Source: Sphyrna mokarran
Taxonomy: Eukaryota
DNA: 64,000 bases
NCBI GenBank assembly: GCA_024679065.1
Contig: JAGIQG010000009.1
Coordinates: 95,542,001-95,606,000, forward strand
Reading direction: 5' to 3'
Below the pieces are notes generated by a model. That model saw only the letters and a program-made list of their open reading frames with translations. It had not been told where the DNA came from and searched no databases. Shown here piece by piece: positions 52,381 through 64,000 of this stretch (the first letter of the stretch is position 1; every line of letters begins with the position of its first letter). Both the position numbers and the translations under genes were made by a program.

Positions 52381-54290
52381 CTACAGGTGAGGTCCCAGAG
52401 GACTGGAGAATAGCTAATGTTGTACTGTTGTTTAAAAAGGGTAATAGGGATAACCCTGGAAATTATAGGCCAGTGAGTTTGACGTCAGTGGTAGGGAAGC
52501 TGTTGGAGGGGATTCTTAGAGATAGGATGTATAGGCACTTAGAGCATTGCAATCTGATTAGGGATACGCAGCATGGATTTGTTAAGGGGAGGTCGTGCCT
52601 TACAAATCTGGTAGAATTTTTTGAGGAGGTGACGAAAAAGGTGGACGAAGGGCGAGCCGTTGATGTTGTCTATATGGATTTTAGTAAGGCGTTTGACAAA
52701 GTCTCTCATGGGAGGTTAGTCGAGAAGGTCAAGGCAAATGGGATACAAGGACAGGTAGCTAGATGGATAAGTAACTGGCTTGGTAATAGGAGACAGAGAG
52801 TAATAGTGGAAGGGTGTTTTTCTAGCTGGAGGTCAGTCACTAGTGGTGTGGCACAGGGCTCGGTACTGGGACCTCTTCTATTTGTAATATATATAAATGA
52901 CTTGGAAGAGGGAGTAAGTGGAGTGATCAGCAAGTTTGCAGGTGATACAAAGATGGCTGGACTTGCGGATAGTGAGGAGCATTGTCAGGCAATACAGCAG
53001 GACATAGATAGGCTGGTAGCTTGGGCAGACAGATGGCAGATGGAATTCAATCCTGATAAATGTGAGGTGATGCATTTCGGCAGAAAGAATGTAGGGGGGA
53101 GGTATATGATAAAGGGTAGACCTATTAAGAGTATAGAAACGCAGAGGGACCTGGGGGTGCATGTGAACAAGTCTCTGAAGGTGGCAGAGCAAGTGGAGAA
53201 GGTTGTGAAGAAAGCATATAGTATGTTAGCCTTTATGGGAAGGGGTATAGAGTACAAGAGCTAGCCTTTAATGTTGCAGTTGTATAAAACGTTGGTTAGA
53301 CCTCATTTGGAATACTGCGTCCAGTTCTGGTCGTCTTACTACCGGAAGGACATGGAGACTCTGGAGAGAGTGCAGAGGAGGTTTACCAGGATGCTGCCTG
53401 GTATGGAAGGTCTGAGTTACGAGGAGAAGTTAGGCAAATTGGGACTGTTTTCCTTAGAAAGACGTAGACTTAGAGGAGATCTAATAGAGGTGTACAGGAT
53501 TATGAGGGGTATAGATAGAGTAAACAGGGTTAAGCTTTTTCCCAGGATGGACTCGAATAGCACGAGGGGTCACGGGCTTAGGGTGAGGGGGGTAAGGTAT
53601 AATTTGGATGCTAGAGGTAGTTTTTTCACACAGAGGGTGGTGGGGGTATGGAATGCGCTGCCAAGTAAAGTGGTGGAGGCAGGTACTCTGGAGTTATTTA
53701 AGAAATACTTAGATGGGCACATGAACAGAATGGGAATGGAGGGGTATAGAAAACTGATTTAAAATAGGGATCATGAGCCTTGGGTGTCCCTAGGAAGTGT
53801 GTAAATTGATGATATTGGTGTACTTGTTTTTATCCTACAGGTGCTTTGGTCCACCTTGTTGTCTAACGAGGAGCATACACACGATGGGTCACGAGAGGGC
53901 TGCTCTTGGATTTTTCTTTTCGAGAGTATCCTAGTGCTTCACGTCGTAAGTGTACGCTTGACCTGGACCATTTGATGGGCAACACGACAGCTCAGTGACT
54001 GTCACTGTGCTGTGCAGATACATGGATTTGGGCCTGTGTCTGTGGGAGTTTGCACATTCTCCCCGTGGTTGCGTGGGTTTTCTCTGGGTGCTCCGGTTTC
54101 CTCCCACATCCCAAAGATGTGCTGTTAGGCTAATTGGCAAAACAAATTCTCCCTAAATTGGCTCAAATTGGGTTTTCCATCCATAGATCTATAAACATGG
54201 ACAGGGATCGCAGGTAGAGGCGGGAACATCGGGGTGGCGGCGCGGGCTTGTTGGGCCGAAGGGCCTGTTTCCCGTGCTGTTTTGTTCTTT

Positions 54291-54450
54291 GTACTGATAC
54301 TGTCCCTCTCAGTGTGTGAGCTGTGTCCTGTACTGATACTGTCCCTCTCAATGTGTGAGCTGTGTCCTGTTCTGATACTCTCCGTCTCAGTGTGTGAACT
54401 GTGTCCTGTACTGATACTGTCTCTCCCAGTATATGAGCTCTGTCCTGTAC
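54291..54450. repeat. 39-bp tandem repeat, 4 copies
   Basis: GTACTGATACTGTCCCTCTCAGTGTGTGAGCTGTGTCCT. Confidence 0.9.
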
Positions 54451-54739
54451 TTGATTTGAAAAAGTGAATAGCTGATCTGTCAGAATTAAATTGAAAGGTA
54501 AAATGGTGCATAAAGAAACAGTATTTAGAGGTTGGATGCTTGGATGAGAGTAGGGAAATTGGAATGATTGGGAGAAAGTCGACAGGAAGAAACAAATAGT
54601 GAGAGATCATGGAGATGTGAGACAAAAATTATTGAATCAGGATGAAGAAATGGATCTCGCTGTTTTTCAGAAATGGGATGTTGATGTCTGGTTGGTGGAA
54701 TATCAGAAGCAGGTTCGAAAAAAGAAATGAAACGTCAGC

Positions 54740-54766
54740 CTGACGAAGACAGAATGTCGAAAGCTC
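54740..54766 (+). ncRNA. Minimal hammerhead ribozyme motif in a Penelope terminus
   Basis: CTGACGA-A-GACA-GAA-TGTC-GAAA-GCTC. Confidence 0.6.
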
Positions 54767-57569
54767 GCAAATTTACTATCAAATAAATCGGTTGGATTTA
54801 AAATTGGTGTTGCTACATTCTTACTGAGTTCTTGCTGCAAGAGAGTGTCAGAGGCTGGGAATTTGGTGGAGAGAAACTCAGCTCCTGGGCAAAAGTGCTA
54901 TTTCGGCAGTCGGTGCAGGCTCAAGGGGCCGAATGGCCTCCTTCCGCACTGCAAGGATTCGATGGTTGATCGATGATTCAGAAAACAATTGGAGAGAGGG
55001 AGAGGGGAGGGGAAGGTTGTTGATGTTCTGTGAATTCCGTGTTGAAGTTGGAAAATTCTGGGTGAACTGAGGCGGTTTGATGCTGTTGTCCGGATTGTAA
55101 CTGCGGGGAGACAGACCTGGGGCAATGCCATTGAGATGATGGAAAATGAGCTGCCGGATTGACTGTTGTCAGAAAGAGAGAAAGTTAAAATAAATTTCGA
55201 ATCGAAACCGGGATTGAAGCGGATCCTCGGCTTCCGGGCGAGAGAACATGATTAGGAAAATTGCAGTGAAATAGAAATTAGAGTGAGTGCAAGGAATTTC
55301 AGATTGTGTCCCCAGAACTGAGAAAATAAAACAAGTTTTACTTTTTAAGTTGAAGAAGTTTGTTGAAGTTTTGAAATTGAAACACACTCTGTTAGAAACT
55401 CCGGCCTCTGTTGTTTCAATGGAACAATCTTCAATGTTTCCTTTTCTGTTATTTGTGAAACGCGGTTTTCCCTTCATTTCAATAACAGACATTAGTGAAG
55501 AAAGAAAATGTGATGGAATTTATTTTATCCCCTTTTAAAAGGCACGTTTTTAATGTTGAAAAGATCCAGAGTGAAATTTGAAGTGATGTGAGAAAGAATT
55601 GTGTGTCCAGATGTGTGTGTGTGTAAATGTCCTGTTAGTGAATGAGGAAAGGCTGTGTGAATGCTCAGTAAGAGGTCTGACCTTGTAGCCGAAGCTACAA
55701 AGGCCGAAAGCTTGCAAGTTTACTATCAAATAAATCGGTTGGATTTAAAATTGTTGTTTACCCCAGCCCAACGTCGGCATCTCTACATCAGGTGTGAATG
55801 CTCTGCATTGCTGTTCCTTCAGACCGGCTCCAACTCTGATGTGTTTTCCTGAAAATGCTTCGGTCTAAAGGGGAGGAACAGTTTAAAAATTTTGAAACTG
55901 AAAACTTGTTACCACTATAATGAAATTCTATTGTAACTGGAGAAACGTGGATTTCTAGTGCAGATACAAATCCATATCTGCCAGAGTGGTGTTGTTTCTT
56001 AAATCTTGACGTATAATTTCAAATTCAGGAGATGAATTTAAAGTGATTGTTGGTGGATTATTCTTGCGTTTAAAATCTTCATAAAATTAACCCTGGGGAA
56101 CAACTGGGACTTTATCTTCTAATCCATTTTGCTCCAAGGTTTTTATTCGGAAATATCCAATTTGAATTGGTGAATCCACAAGACTTGAAGAAACATTTTT
56201 GTTCAGCTGAAACCATCATTACTCTGAGAACATTGCAACCCAGTTCTTTCCTGAAATCACAGAGACAGTGAATCCCTTCACCAAACATATTTTAATTTAG
56301 AAGTAACCTATTCAGCTCCGAGCAGAATGAACCATTTGCGTTGGTTTTGTGAAAACACATACCTGCACAGGTGACAATTGTGTCCAATACTGCAAAATGT
56401 AACAATATTTTCAACAACTATAAGTATTTGGAAACTTATCTGTGGATACCAATTTGACACAAATTTTGAAGATGTTTATTAATTTCCGAGAATGGATCCA
56501 TCACAGTTCGCCTCCTCTACCGTCACCTCCACGTCCACACCCTCCCCCTCCCCACCATCTAGAAATGATGTCAGGACACAAATGCAACTGTGATTCAATG
56601 TGTGTCATTCTGTTACATTTTAAAATGTTCCCCATCACAGTGGTGTTACCTGTGGCATTATTTTTGTACTCAAGAGTTTACAGAGGCAGGAAGCAAAAAA
56701 TAAACATTATTGTAGAAAGTAGACCAATGTCAAAAATTGCAGAAACAGATTGAAAAACACAAATCAAGCATTCTCACAAATATCAAAATATCTCTGAGAT
56801 GCAGAGTCCCCGACGCACAACCTGGGGTTCAAGACAACAGCTCTCCAATTTGCCCGCACCAGGGTAAACTCCAGGGATTGTCCCAGGGAGCGAATCCCCT
56901 CATTCCACAGCTCACCCACCTCATAGTGAAAGCAACGAGTGAATCGGCAGTGAGCGAATGGATTCCTGAACTCGACACAGGGTAAACAGGTCAGATCAGA
57001 AGAGATTAAAACTTCCAGCTGCAGATGGAGCAATCCCTGATAAAACATCCCAGTTTCATTTGCAGAGTTCCATACGTAAAGCTTGAATCCATCAGTTGCT
57101 GTCACCTCAATGAAATCACACCCTTCCCAATCCTCTCATCCACTCTGTCGCTGAGCTCGGGGACTGGTGTTCCTGGATTACAAACTGGACACAGGAGAAC
57201 ACAGGGGATGGGAAAGAAATACATCTTTAGAGAGTAAGGCAAACCGAGCAGAGCTGGAGCACCCCCAACAAAACCCATCAGATCCACCCAACTCCCACAT
57301 ATATACCTGTAGCAAAGGCTATACAATCCATAACAGCTCATATTGCAGAAACCTACATGGAGTGTGGGATGAAATTCAAAGGATCATTAGGTAAGTAAAG
57401 AGGGGACATAAAAATTGCTGCCGAGAAGAATCAAGGAACCTCCAAGGATGTTCCATTAGTAGACGAAGAGAAAAGGATCAGAAAAGAGCAGAGTTTTTTG
57501 GTTTGGTGAATCCCCCATAGGAAATGCATGGGATTATAGGGTAGGCAGCAGAGGGAGTTGTGGGATGGC

Positions 57570-57627
57570 TGGTGGGGGGGGGGGTGGGTGGGGGGTGGGG
57601 GGGGGGGGGGGGGGGGGGGGGGGAGGT
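57570..57627. repeat. Poly-G / G-rich run
   Basis: More than 50 nt almost entirely G. Confidence 0.9.
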
Positions 57628-58938
57628 GAGTGACAGTGGGCCAGGATAAGACACTCAGTCAGAGGTTCAGTGCAAACCTGATGGGCCGAAATGGACCATA
57701 GGGATTGCACTCCACTGCAGGGATTCAATGCTTCCAAGGAGATTTGATAAGAGCAGTGCAGGGGAAGTGGTAATCATGCAATTTAATAATGCTTTAGACA
57801 ACTTATAAGATAAGATCCCAAACAAAGGTTGGTCAAAAAAGTAAAATTTCCTTGGCAGCCAAGTGACATTGACAAATCAGATCCCAAATTAACTCAGTGG
57901 CAGGAAGCAAAGGGTTAAGCGGTTCATTGCGGCTAGAATCATGTTATCAGTGGGAGGGTCCATAGGGCCCAGAATTCATTCCCCCACTTTTTGTAGTTCA
58001 TGTGAATGATATGGATATAAATGTAGGGGGAATGATAAAGAAGTTAACAGATGTAGAAGTATTGTCCATGTGCGTAACAGTGAGGAAAAAAGCTTCAAAT
58101 GGTAGGAACTTAGAGACGGTCTGGGTAGTTGGGAAAAACAGTTGGAAAATGGAATTCAATCTGTAACATTGTGAGGTGATGGATTTCAGGAGGAACAACA
58201 AGGTAAAGGAAATGCTCAAATGGAAGGATAATGAATCAGGTGGAGAAACAGAGGATCTACAAGAAGCCAGAACAGATCACTAACATGTTTAGGAAGGTAT
58301 ATAACATGTTCTCCTTTATTAGTCAAGGCACAGAGCAAAGTGGTTTTGTTTGAACTGTAAACAACACTAGATAGACGACAGCTGAAGCATTGCACACAGT
58401 CTGGTCAGCACATTATGCAAAAGATGTGATTATATTGGAGAGAATGTAGAGGAGATTGTTTAATGTGGACAAGACTGGAGAATGTTCACTGTGAGGAAAG
58501 AGCAGATAGGCTGAAATAGGATTCTGTAGAATAGAGGAGGCTGAGGGGGGATTTAATCAGGGTGGATGTAATTATGAGGAGCCGTGGTAAACAGAGATGA
58601 CACACTTACCTTAGCAGAGGGTCAAAAACCAAGGCACAGATTTAAAGTGATTGGTTGAAAGATAATATCAGGGGGAGAAATGAAGGGTTTTTCACCCAGA
58701 GGGTGGTAGGGACTCGGGGCTCACTGTCTGAAAGGATGTGGGAGGCAGAAACTATCACCACACTGAATCAATTCTTGGGTGTTGTGTTGAAGAGCTGTGA
58801 TCTACAGAGCTATAGACCGACGTAGGAAGGTGAGATTAGGCTGGAGAGTTCTTTATTAACAAGAAGGGATATGCTAGACTGAATGGTCTTGCTCTCAATC
58901 ATAAATATTCTATCCTTCAACATTCCACCCACATAAAA

Positions 58939-59225
58939 CCAGCTCAACCCATCAGAGCCCCCAAACACCAGCTCAACCCATCAGAGCCCCCAAACACCAG
59001 CTCAACCCATCAGAGCCCCCAAACACCAGCTCAACCCATCAGAGCGCCCAAACACCAGCTCAACCCATCAGAGCGCCCAAACACCAGCTCAACCCATCAG
59101 AGCGCCCAAACACCAGCTCAACCCATCAGAGCGCCCAAACACCAGCTCAACCCATCAGAGCACCCAAACACCAGCTCAACCCATCAGAGCACCCAAACAC
59201 CAGCTCAACCCATCAGAGCCCCCAG
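58939..59225. repeat. 29-bp minisatellite, about 10 copies
   Basis: CCAGCTCAACCCATCAGAGC(C/G/A)CCCAAACA. Confidence 0.95.
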
Positions 59226-59643
59226 CTAAACTCCTGAATTCTACCCCATACCCCAAACATTCAGCAAATGATCAGACTCACCACAAAACAGAACTAATAT
59301 TAAATCCTGTTGGAGTGACAGACTCCAGTGGCCGACTTTAGGGAAAACACTGGGAATTCTGACCTCATTTCAGAGATTGAGCAGCTTTGTGAATGCGTCC
59401 AGGGTGAGATGGTGCAGGATGTCCCGACACCTCAACACCCACAATCTCTCCACCCTCAGACTGTACAGAAGCAGCTGTCTCCAGAAGGCCAGTGTCAAAG
59501 CTCAGGTGTTGGATTGGATGAGCTGCTCTTTAGTGATTATACAGTGAGGAACAGACACTGAGCTCACATCCCACCCACCAGATTGTACAGAAAATTCATG
59601 TTAGAAGGATTAACTCCCAATATTTATCAACACAGTTCATACC

Positions 59644-60405
59644 TCAAGAACGCATGGAGGAGCTGGATGAGGAATCTCCACCATCAGAAGCTGTTAAAGG
59701 AAAAAGTGACATTAAAAACTTTTCATTTTTGTAGAGACAGAGACTGTGGATGAGATAAAGAGAGAATGAGGGAGACAAAGACAGGCACAGAGAAAGAAAG
59801 GGGTTCTCACACACATACCGATGGTGACACACAGAAATATAATCTCACACAGTGTTTGATGGTGAACTTACTCTTTGCAGAATTGTAGTTGCTCTTCCCT
59901 CTCCCTGTAAAACAAGAAATGCTCAGTGAGTGACGAGATTGAGAGAAAATCAGAGACAGAGGCGGGAGCTCTTGCTTATACTGAGCCCCTGCATCAGAAT
60001 TCTGAACCTTCATGACCCGAGAACCTCACTCCCAGCTTCACTTTGGGACCATTACCCTGACTTGCGACCCTCACAGATACTCTGATCTCCATCCACAATC
60101 TGAGACACTTTCTATAAATCAGATACTCCCCCTTTATCGGGAGCCCCTTATCCTCCCTATCCAACCCTAGGGCTCTTCCACCCACTCTGTGCCCCCCCAC
60201 ACCAACCTGAGACCCACATCCTGAGCCACCCCCACTCTGGAATACTCTCCCAGGATCCCTCCCCCGAGTGAGGAGCTGCTATTTTCCCTCCAATTCCTAC
60301 CTTTCTTGTTGTAGATGACGACAGCCACAACGATGAGAGCGATGAGCACGAGGACCCCGACCACAATCCCGACTGTAACAGCAATGTGGGAGCGAGACTT
60401 TGGTT
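59644..60405 (-). CDS. Second MHC class I paralogue, 3' exons only (TM 60405-60301; cytoplasmic 59904-59872 and 59690-59644); 5' exons presumably beyond the window
   Basis: EPKSRSHIAVTVGIVVGVLVLIALIVVAVVIYNKK / GRGKSNYNSAK / TSDGGDSSSSSMRS*; same exon sizes and splice sites as the 33.5-34.3 kb copy. Confidence 0.85.
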
Positions 60406-60954
60406 CTGTTAGAGAGAGAATCAGAGAGATTGGGTGAATCAGGGAGAGAGAAAAGTGATCATTGGAGAGAGAGAGAATGTGAGAGAGTGGGAGAGAATGA
60501 GAGAGAGAGGGGGCTCGCATCTAAAAATGAACAAGGGAGTGAATGAAAGAAAGTACAGAGAGACAGAATGTGAGAGTAAGAATAAGAGAAGAAGAAAGCA
60601 AAATGTGAGAGTGAATCAGAGAGAGAGAGAGTCAGGAAATACAGGATATATGACATAGGAAATGGCCTTTCAGCCCAACCAGTTGATGCTGGTATTTATG
60701 TTCCACCTGAGGCTCCTCCCATCTTTCCTTGTCTAATTCAATGATTTTAACTCTATTCCCCTCTCACTCAGTTGCTTGTCTATCTTCCCCTTAAACTATA
60801 CTGTTCAGTTCAGTCACTCCCTGTGGCAGCGAGCTCCACATTCTCATCAAATAATTCCCCCAATGTGGTGTTATCCATAATTAAGAAATGGTGTTTTTGA
60901 TTCCAATATCAAGTTATGGAGTGTAAGTTGTGAATAACAGTGATCCAAACACTG

Positions 60955-62270
60955 ATCCTTGTGGAACGATGGAGGAGCCCAGCACATCAGCGCAGAAGAT
61001 AAAACCAAAGTATTCACAGCAATCTTCAGCCTGAAGTGCCAAGTGGATGATCCATCTCAGCCTCCTCCAGTGGTCCCCAACATCTCAGACATCAGTCTCC
61101 AGACAATTCAATTCACTTCTCGTGATATCAAGAAATGGTTGGAAACACTGGATACTGCAAAGGCAATGGGCCCTGATAACATTCCACCAATAGTACTGAA
61201 GATTTGTGCACCAGGACTTGCTGTTCCCCAATCCAAGCTCTTCCAGTACAGTTACAACACTGGCATCTACCCAACAATATGGAAAATTGCCCAGGTATGG
61301 CCTGGACACAAAAAGTAGGATAAACCCAACCCAGCCAATTCCCGCCCAATCAGTCTACTATCGATCACCAGTAAAGTGATGGAAGGGGTCATCGACAGTG
61401 TTATCATGCAGCACCTGCTCAGCAATGCCCAGTCTGGGTTTCGTCACAGTCATTCAGCTCCTGACCTCATTACAGCCTCGGTTCAAACATGAGCAAAAGA
61501 GCTGAATTCCAGAGGTGAGGTGGTGGTTCCAGCCCCTGAAATTGAGACCATATTTGACCGAGTGTGGATCAAGGAGCCTTAGCAAAACTGGAATCAATGA
61601 GTATCAGAGGGCAAACTCTCAGACCTGGTACATAGGAAGATGGTTGTGGTTGTGGAGGGTCAGTCACCTCAGCTCCACGACATCTCTGCATGAATTCCTC
61701 AGGATAGTGTCCGAGGCCCAACCATCTTCAGCTGCTTCATCATAAGAGCGGAAGTGGGCATGTTCATCAATAATCACTCAACATTCAGCACTATTTGCGA
61801 CTCCTCAGATACTGAAGCAGTCCATGTTCGAATGCAACAACATATGGGCAATATCCAGGCTTGGGCTGACAAGTGGCAGGTAACATTCGTGCCACACAAA
61901 TGCCAGGCAATGACCATCACCAATAAGAGACACTCTAACCATTGCCCCTTAACATTCAATGATGGAAACATCACTGAATTCCCCCCATCAACATCTTTGG
62001 GGTAACTATTGATCAGAAACCCAACTGGATTCATGATATGAACAAAGTTGTTGCCAGGTAGGTCAGAGGCTAGGAATACTGTGGCAATAACTCACCTCCT
62101 AATTCCTCAAAGGCTATTCACCACCTACAAGGCACAAGTCAGGAGTGTGATAGAATACTCCACACTTGCCTGGATGGGTGCACCTCCAATAACACTCAAG
62201 AAGCTTGACATCATCCAGGATAAAGCAGCCCACTTGATTGGCATCACATCTACAAGCATTTAATCTGTCC
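60955..62270 (+). mobile_element. Paralogous copy of the 35.5-kb LINE
   Basis: Same 5' junction (acactgatccttgtggaa) as at 35466. Confidence 0.85.
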
Positions 62271-62764
62271 ACCACATCATTGGAGAGAGAATGTGAGAGA
62301 GTGGGAGAGAATGAGAGAGAGAGGGGGCTCGCATCTAAAAATGAACAAGGGAGTGAATGAAAGAAAGTACAGAGGGACAGAATGTGAGAGTAAGAATAAG
62401 AGAAGAAGAAAGCAAAATGTGAGAGTGAATCAGAGAGAGAGAGAGTCAGGAAATACAGGATATATGACATAGGAAATGGCCTTTCAGCCCAACCAGTTGA
62501 TGCTGGTATTTATGTTCCACCTGAGGCTCCTCCCATCTTTCCTTGTCTAATTCAATGATTTTAACTCTATTCCCCTCTCACTCATTTGCTTGTCTATCTT
62601 CCCCTTAAACTATACTGTTCAGTTCAGTCACTCCCTCTGGCAGTGAGCTCCACATTCTCATCAAATAATTCCCCCAATGTGGCGTTATCCGTAATTAAGA
62701 AATGGTGTTTTTGATATCCAAGTTATGGAGTGTAAGTTGTGAATAACAGTGATCCCAACACTGA

Positions 62765-64000
62765 TCCTTGTGGAATGATGCAGGAGCCCAGCACATCAGC
62801 GCAGAAGATAAAACCAAAGTATTCACAGCAATCTTCAGCCTGAAGTGCCGAGTGGATGATCCATCTTAGCCTCCTCCAGTGGTCCCCAGCATCTCAGATA
62901 TCAGTCTCCAGATAATTCGATTCATTTCACGTGATATCAAGAAATGGTTGGAGATACTGGATACTGCAAAGGCAATGGGCCCTGATAACATTCCACCAAT
63001 AGTACTGAAGACTTGTGCTCCAGAACTTGCTGTTCCCCAAGCCAAGCTCTTCTGTACAGGTAAAACACTGGCATCTACCCAACAATGTGGAAAATTGCCC
63101 AGGTATGGCCTGGGCACAAAAAGTAGGATAAACGCAACCCCAGCCAATTCCCACCCAATCAATCTACTATCGATCACCAGTAAAGTGATGGAAGGGGTCA
63201 TCGACAGTGTTATCATGCAGCACCTGCTCAGCAATGCCCAGTTTCGGTGTCGTCACAGTCATTCAGCTCCTGACCTCATTACAGCCTCGGTTCAAACATG
63301 AGCAAAAGAGCTGAATTCCAGAGGTGAGGTGGTGGTTCCAGCCCCTGAAATCGAGATCATATTTGACCGAGTGTGGATCAAGGAGCCTTAGCAAAACTGG
63401 AATCAATGAGTATCAGAGGGCAAACTCTCAGACCTGGTACATAGGAAGATGGTTGTGGTCGTGGAGGGTCAGTCACCTCAGCTCCACGACATCTCTGCAG
63501 GAGTCCCTCAGGGTAGTGTCGGAGGCTTAACCATCTTCAGCTGCTTCATCATAAGGGCGGAAGTGGGTATGTTCATCAATAATCACTCAACATTCAGCAC
63601 TATTTGCGACTCCTCAGATACTGAAGCAGTCCATGTTCAAATGCAACAACATATGGGCAATATCCAGGCTTGGGCTGACAAGTGGCAGGTAACATTCGTG
63701 CCACACAAATGCCAGGCAATGACCATCACCAATAAGAGACACTCTAACCATTGCCCCTTAACATTCAATGATGGAAACATCACTGAACTCCCCCCATCTG
63801 AGGGGTAACTATTGATCAGAACCTGAACTGGACTCATGATATGAACAAAGTTGTTGCCAGGTAGGTCAGAGGCTAGGAATACTGTGGCAATAACTCACCT
63901 CCTAATTCCTCAAAGGCTATTCACCATCTACAAGGCGCAAGTCAGGAGTGTGATAGAATACTCCACACTTGCCTGGATGGGTGCAGCTCCAATAACACTC
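62765..64000 (+). mobile_element. Third copy of the same LINE within a tandem duplication
   Basis: Same 5' junction and sequence as 60955-62200. Confidence 0.85.

Larger units (their letters stand above)
52020..54290 (+). mobile_element. CR1 LINE, 5'-truncated, inactive, interrupted by a Penelope terminus
   Basis: EIAEPLTQIF..TGEV|PEDWRIANV..NYRPVSLTS..DFSKAFD..KFAGD (FADD mutated); in-frame TAG at 53262; stop 53762. Confidence 0.92.
60458..64000. repeat. Tandem duplication, ~1.82-kb unit (60458-62275; 62276-end)
   Basis: ATCATTGGAGAGA.. restarts at 62276. Confidence 0.9.

Noticed and set aside
52377-53762. Active or domesticated reverse transcriptase
   Set aside because: 5'-truncated, FADD changed to FAGD, in-frame stop, Penelope insertion
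56764-57105. 113-aa ORF (-) in non-repeat-looking DNA
   Set aside because: No recognisable domain or supporting exon structure; needs BLAST
57570-57627. Functional G-quadruplex
   Set aside because: Homopolymer inside a repeat relic; length unreliable and no functional context

Overview
Vertebrate genomic DNA, most likely an elasmobranch (shark), judged from the MHC class I leader/alpha-domain style and the CR1, V-SINE, Penelope and Rex1 repeat content. It is a repeat-rich multigene region. Left half: an intact two-exon GPR139-like GPCR (+), an intact single-coding-exon muscarinic M2-like GPCR (-) with substitutions in the ligand pocket, and a GPR139-like pseudogene (-). Middle: a heavily deleted endogenous retrovirus (gag-pro-5'RT-3'env, -). 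Its env transmembrane subunit aligns colinearly with filovirus GP2, including a Cys-bounded internal fusion loop. Right half: a complete 7-coding-exon non-classical MHC class I gene (-, 348 aa) with an exactly spaced S-X-Y promoter. Further right are an orphan duplicate of its promoter and leader exon, and the last three coding exons of a second MHC class I paralogue whose 5' exons lie beyond the window. Also present: young CR1 LINEs with a whole decayed SINE in their 3' UTR, Penelope termini with minimal hammerhead ribozymes, and several minisatellites. All homology statements are by eye against sequences recalled from memory; no database searches were run.
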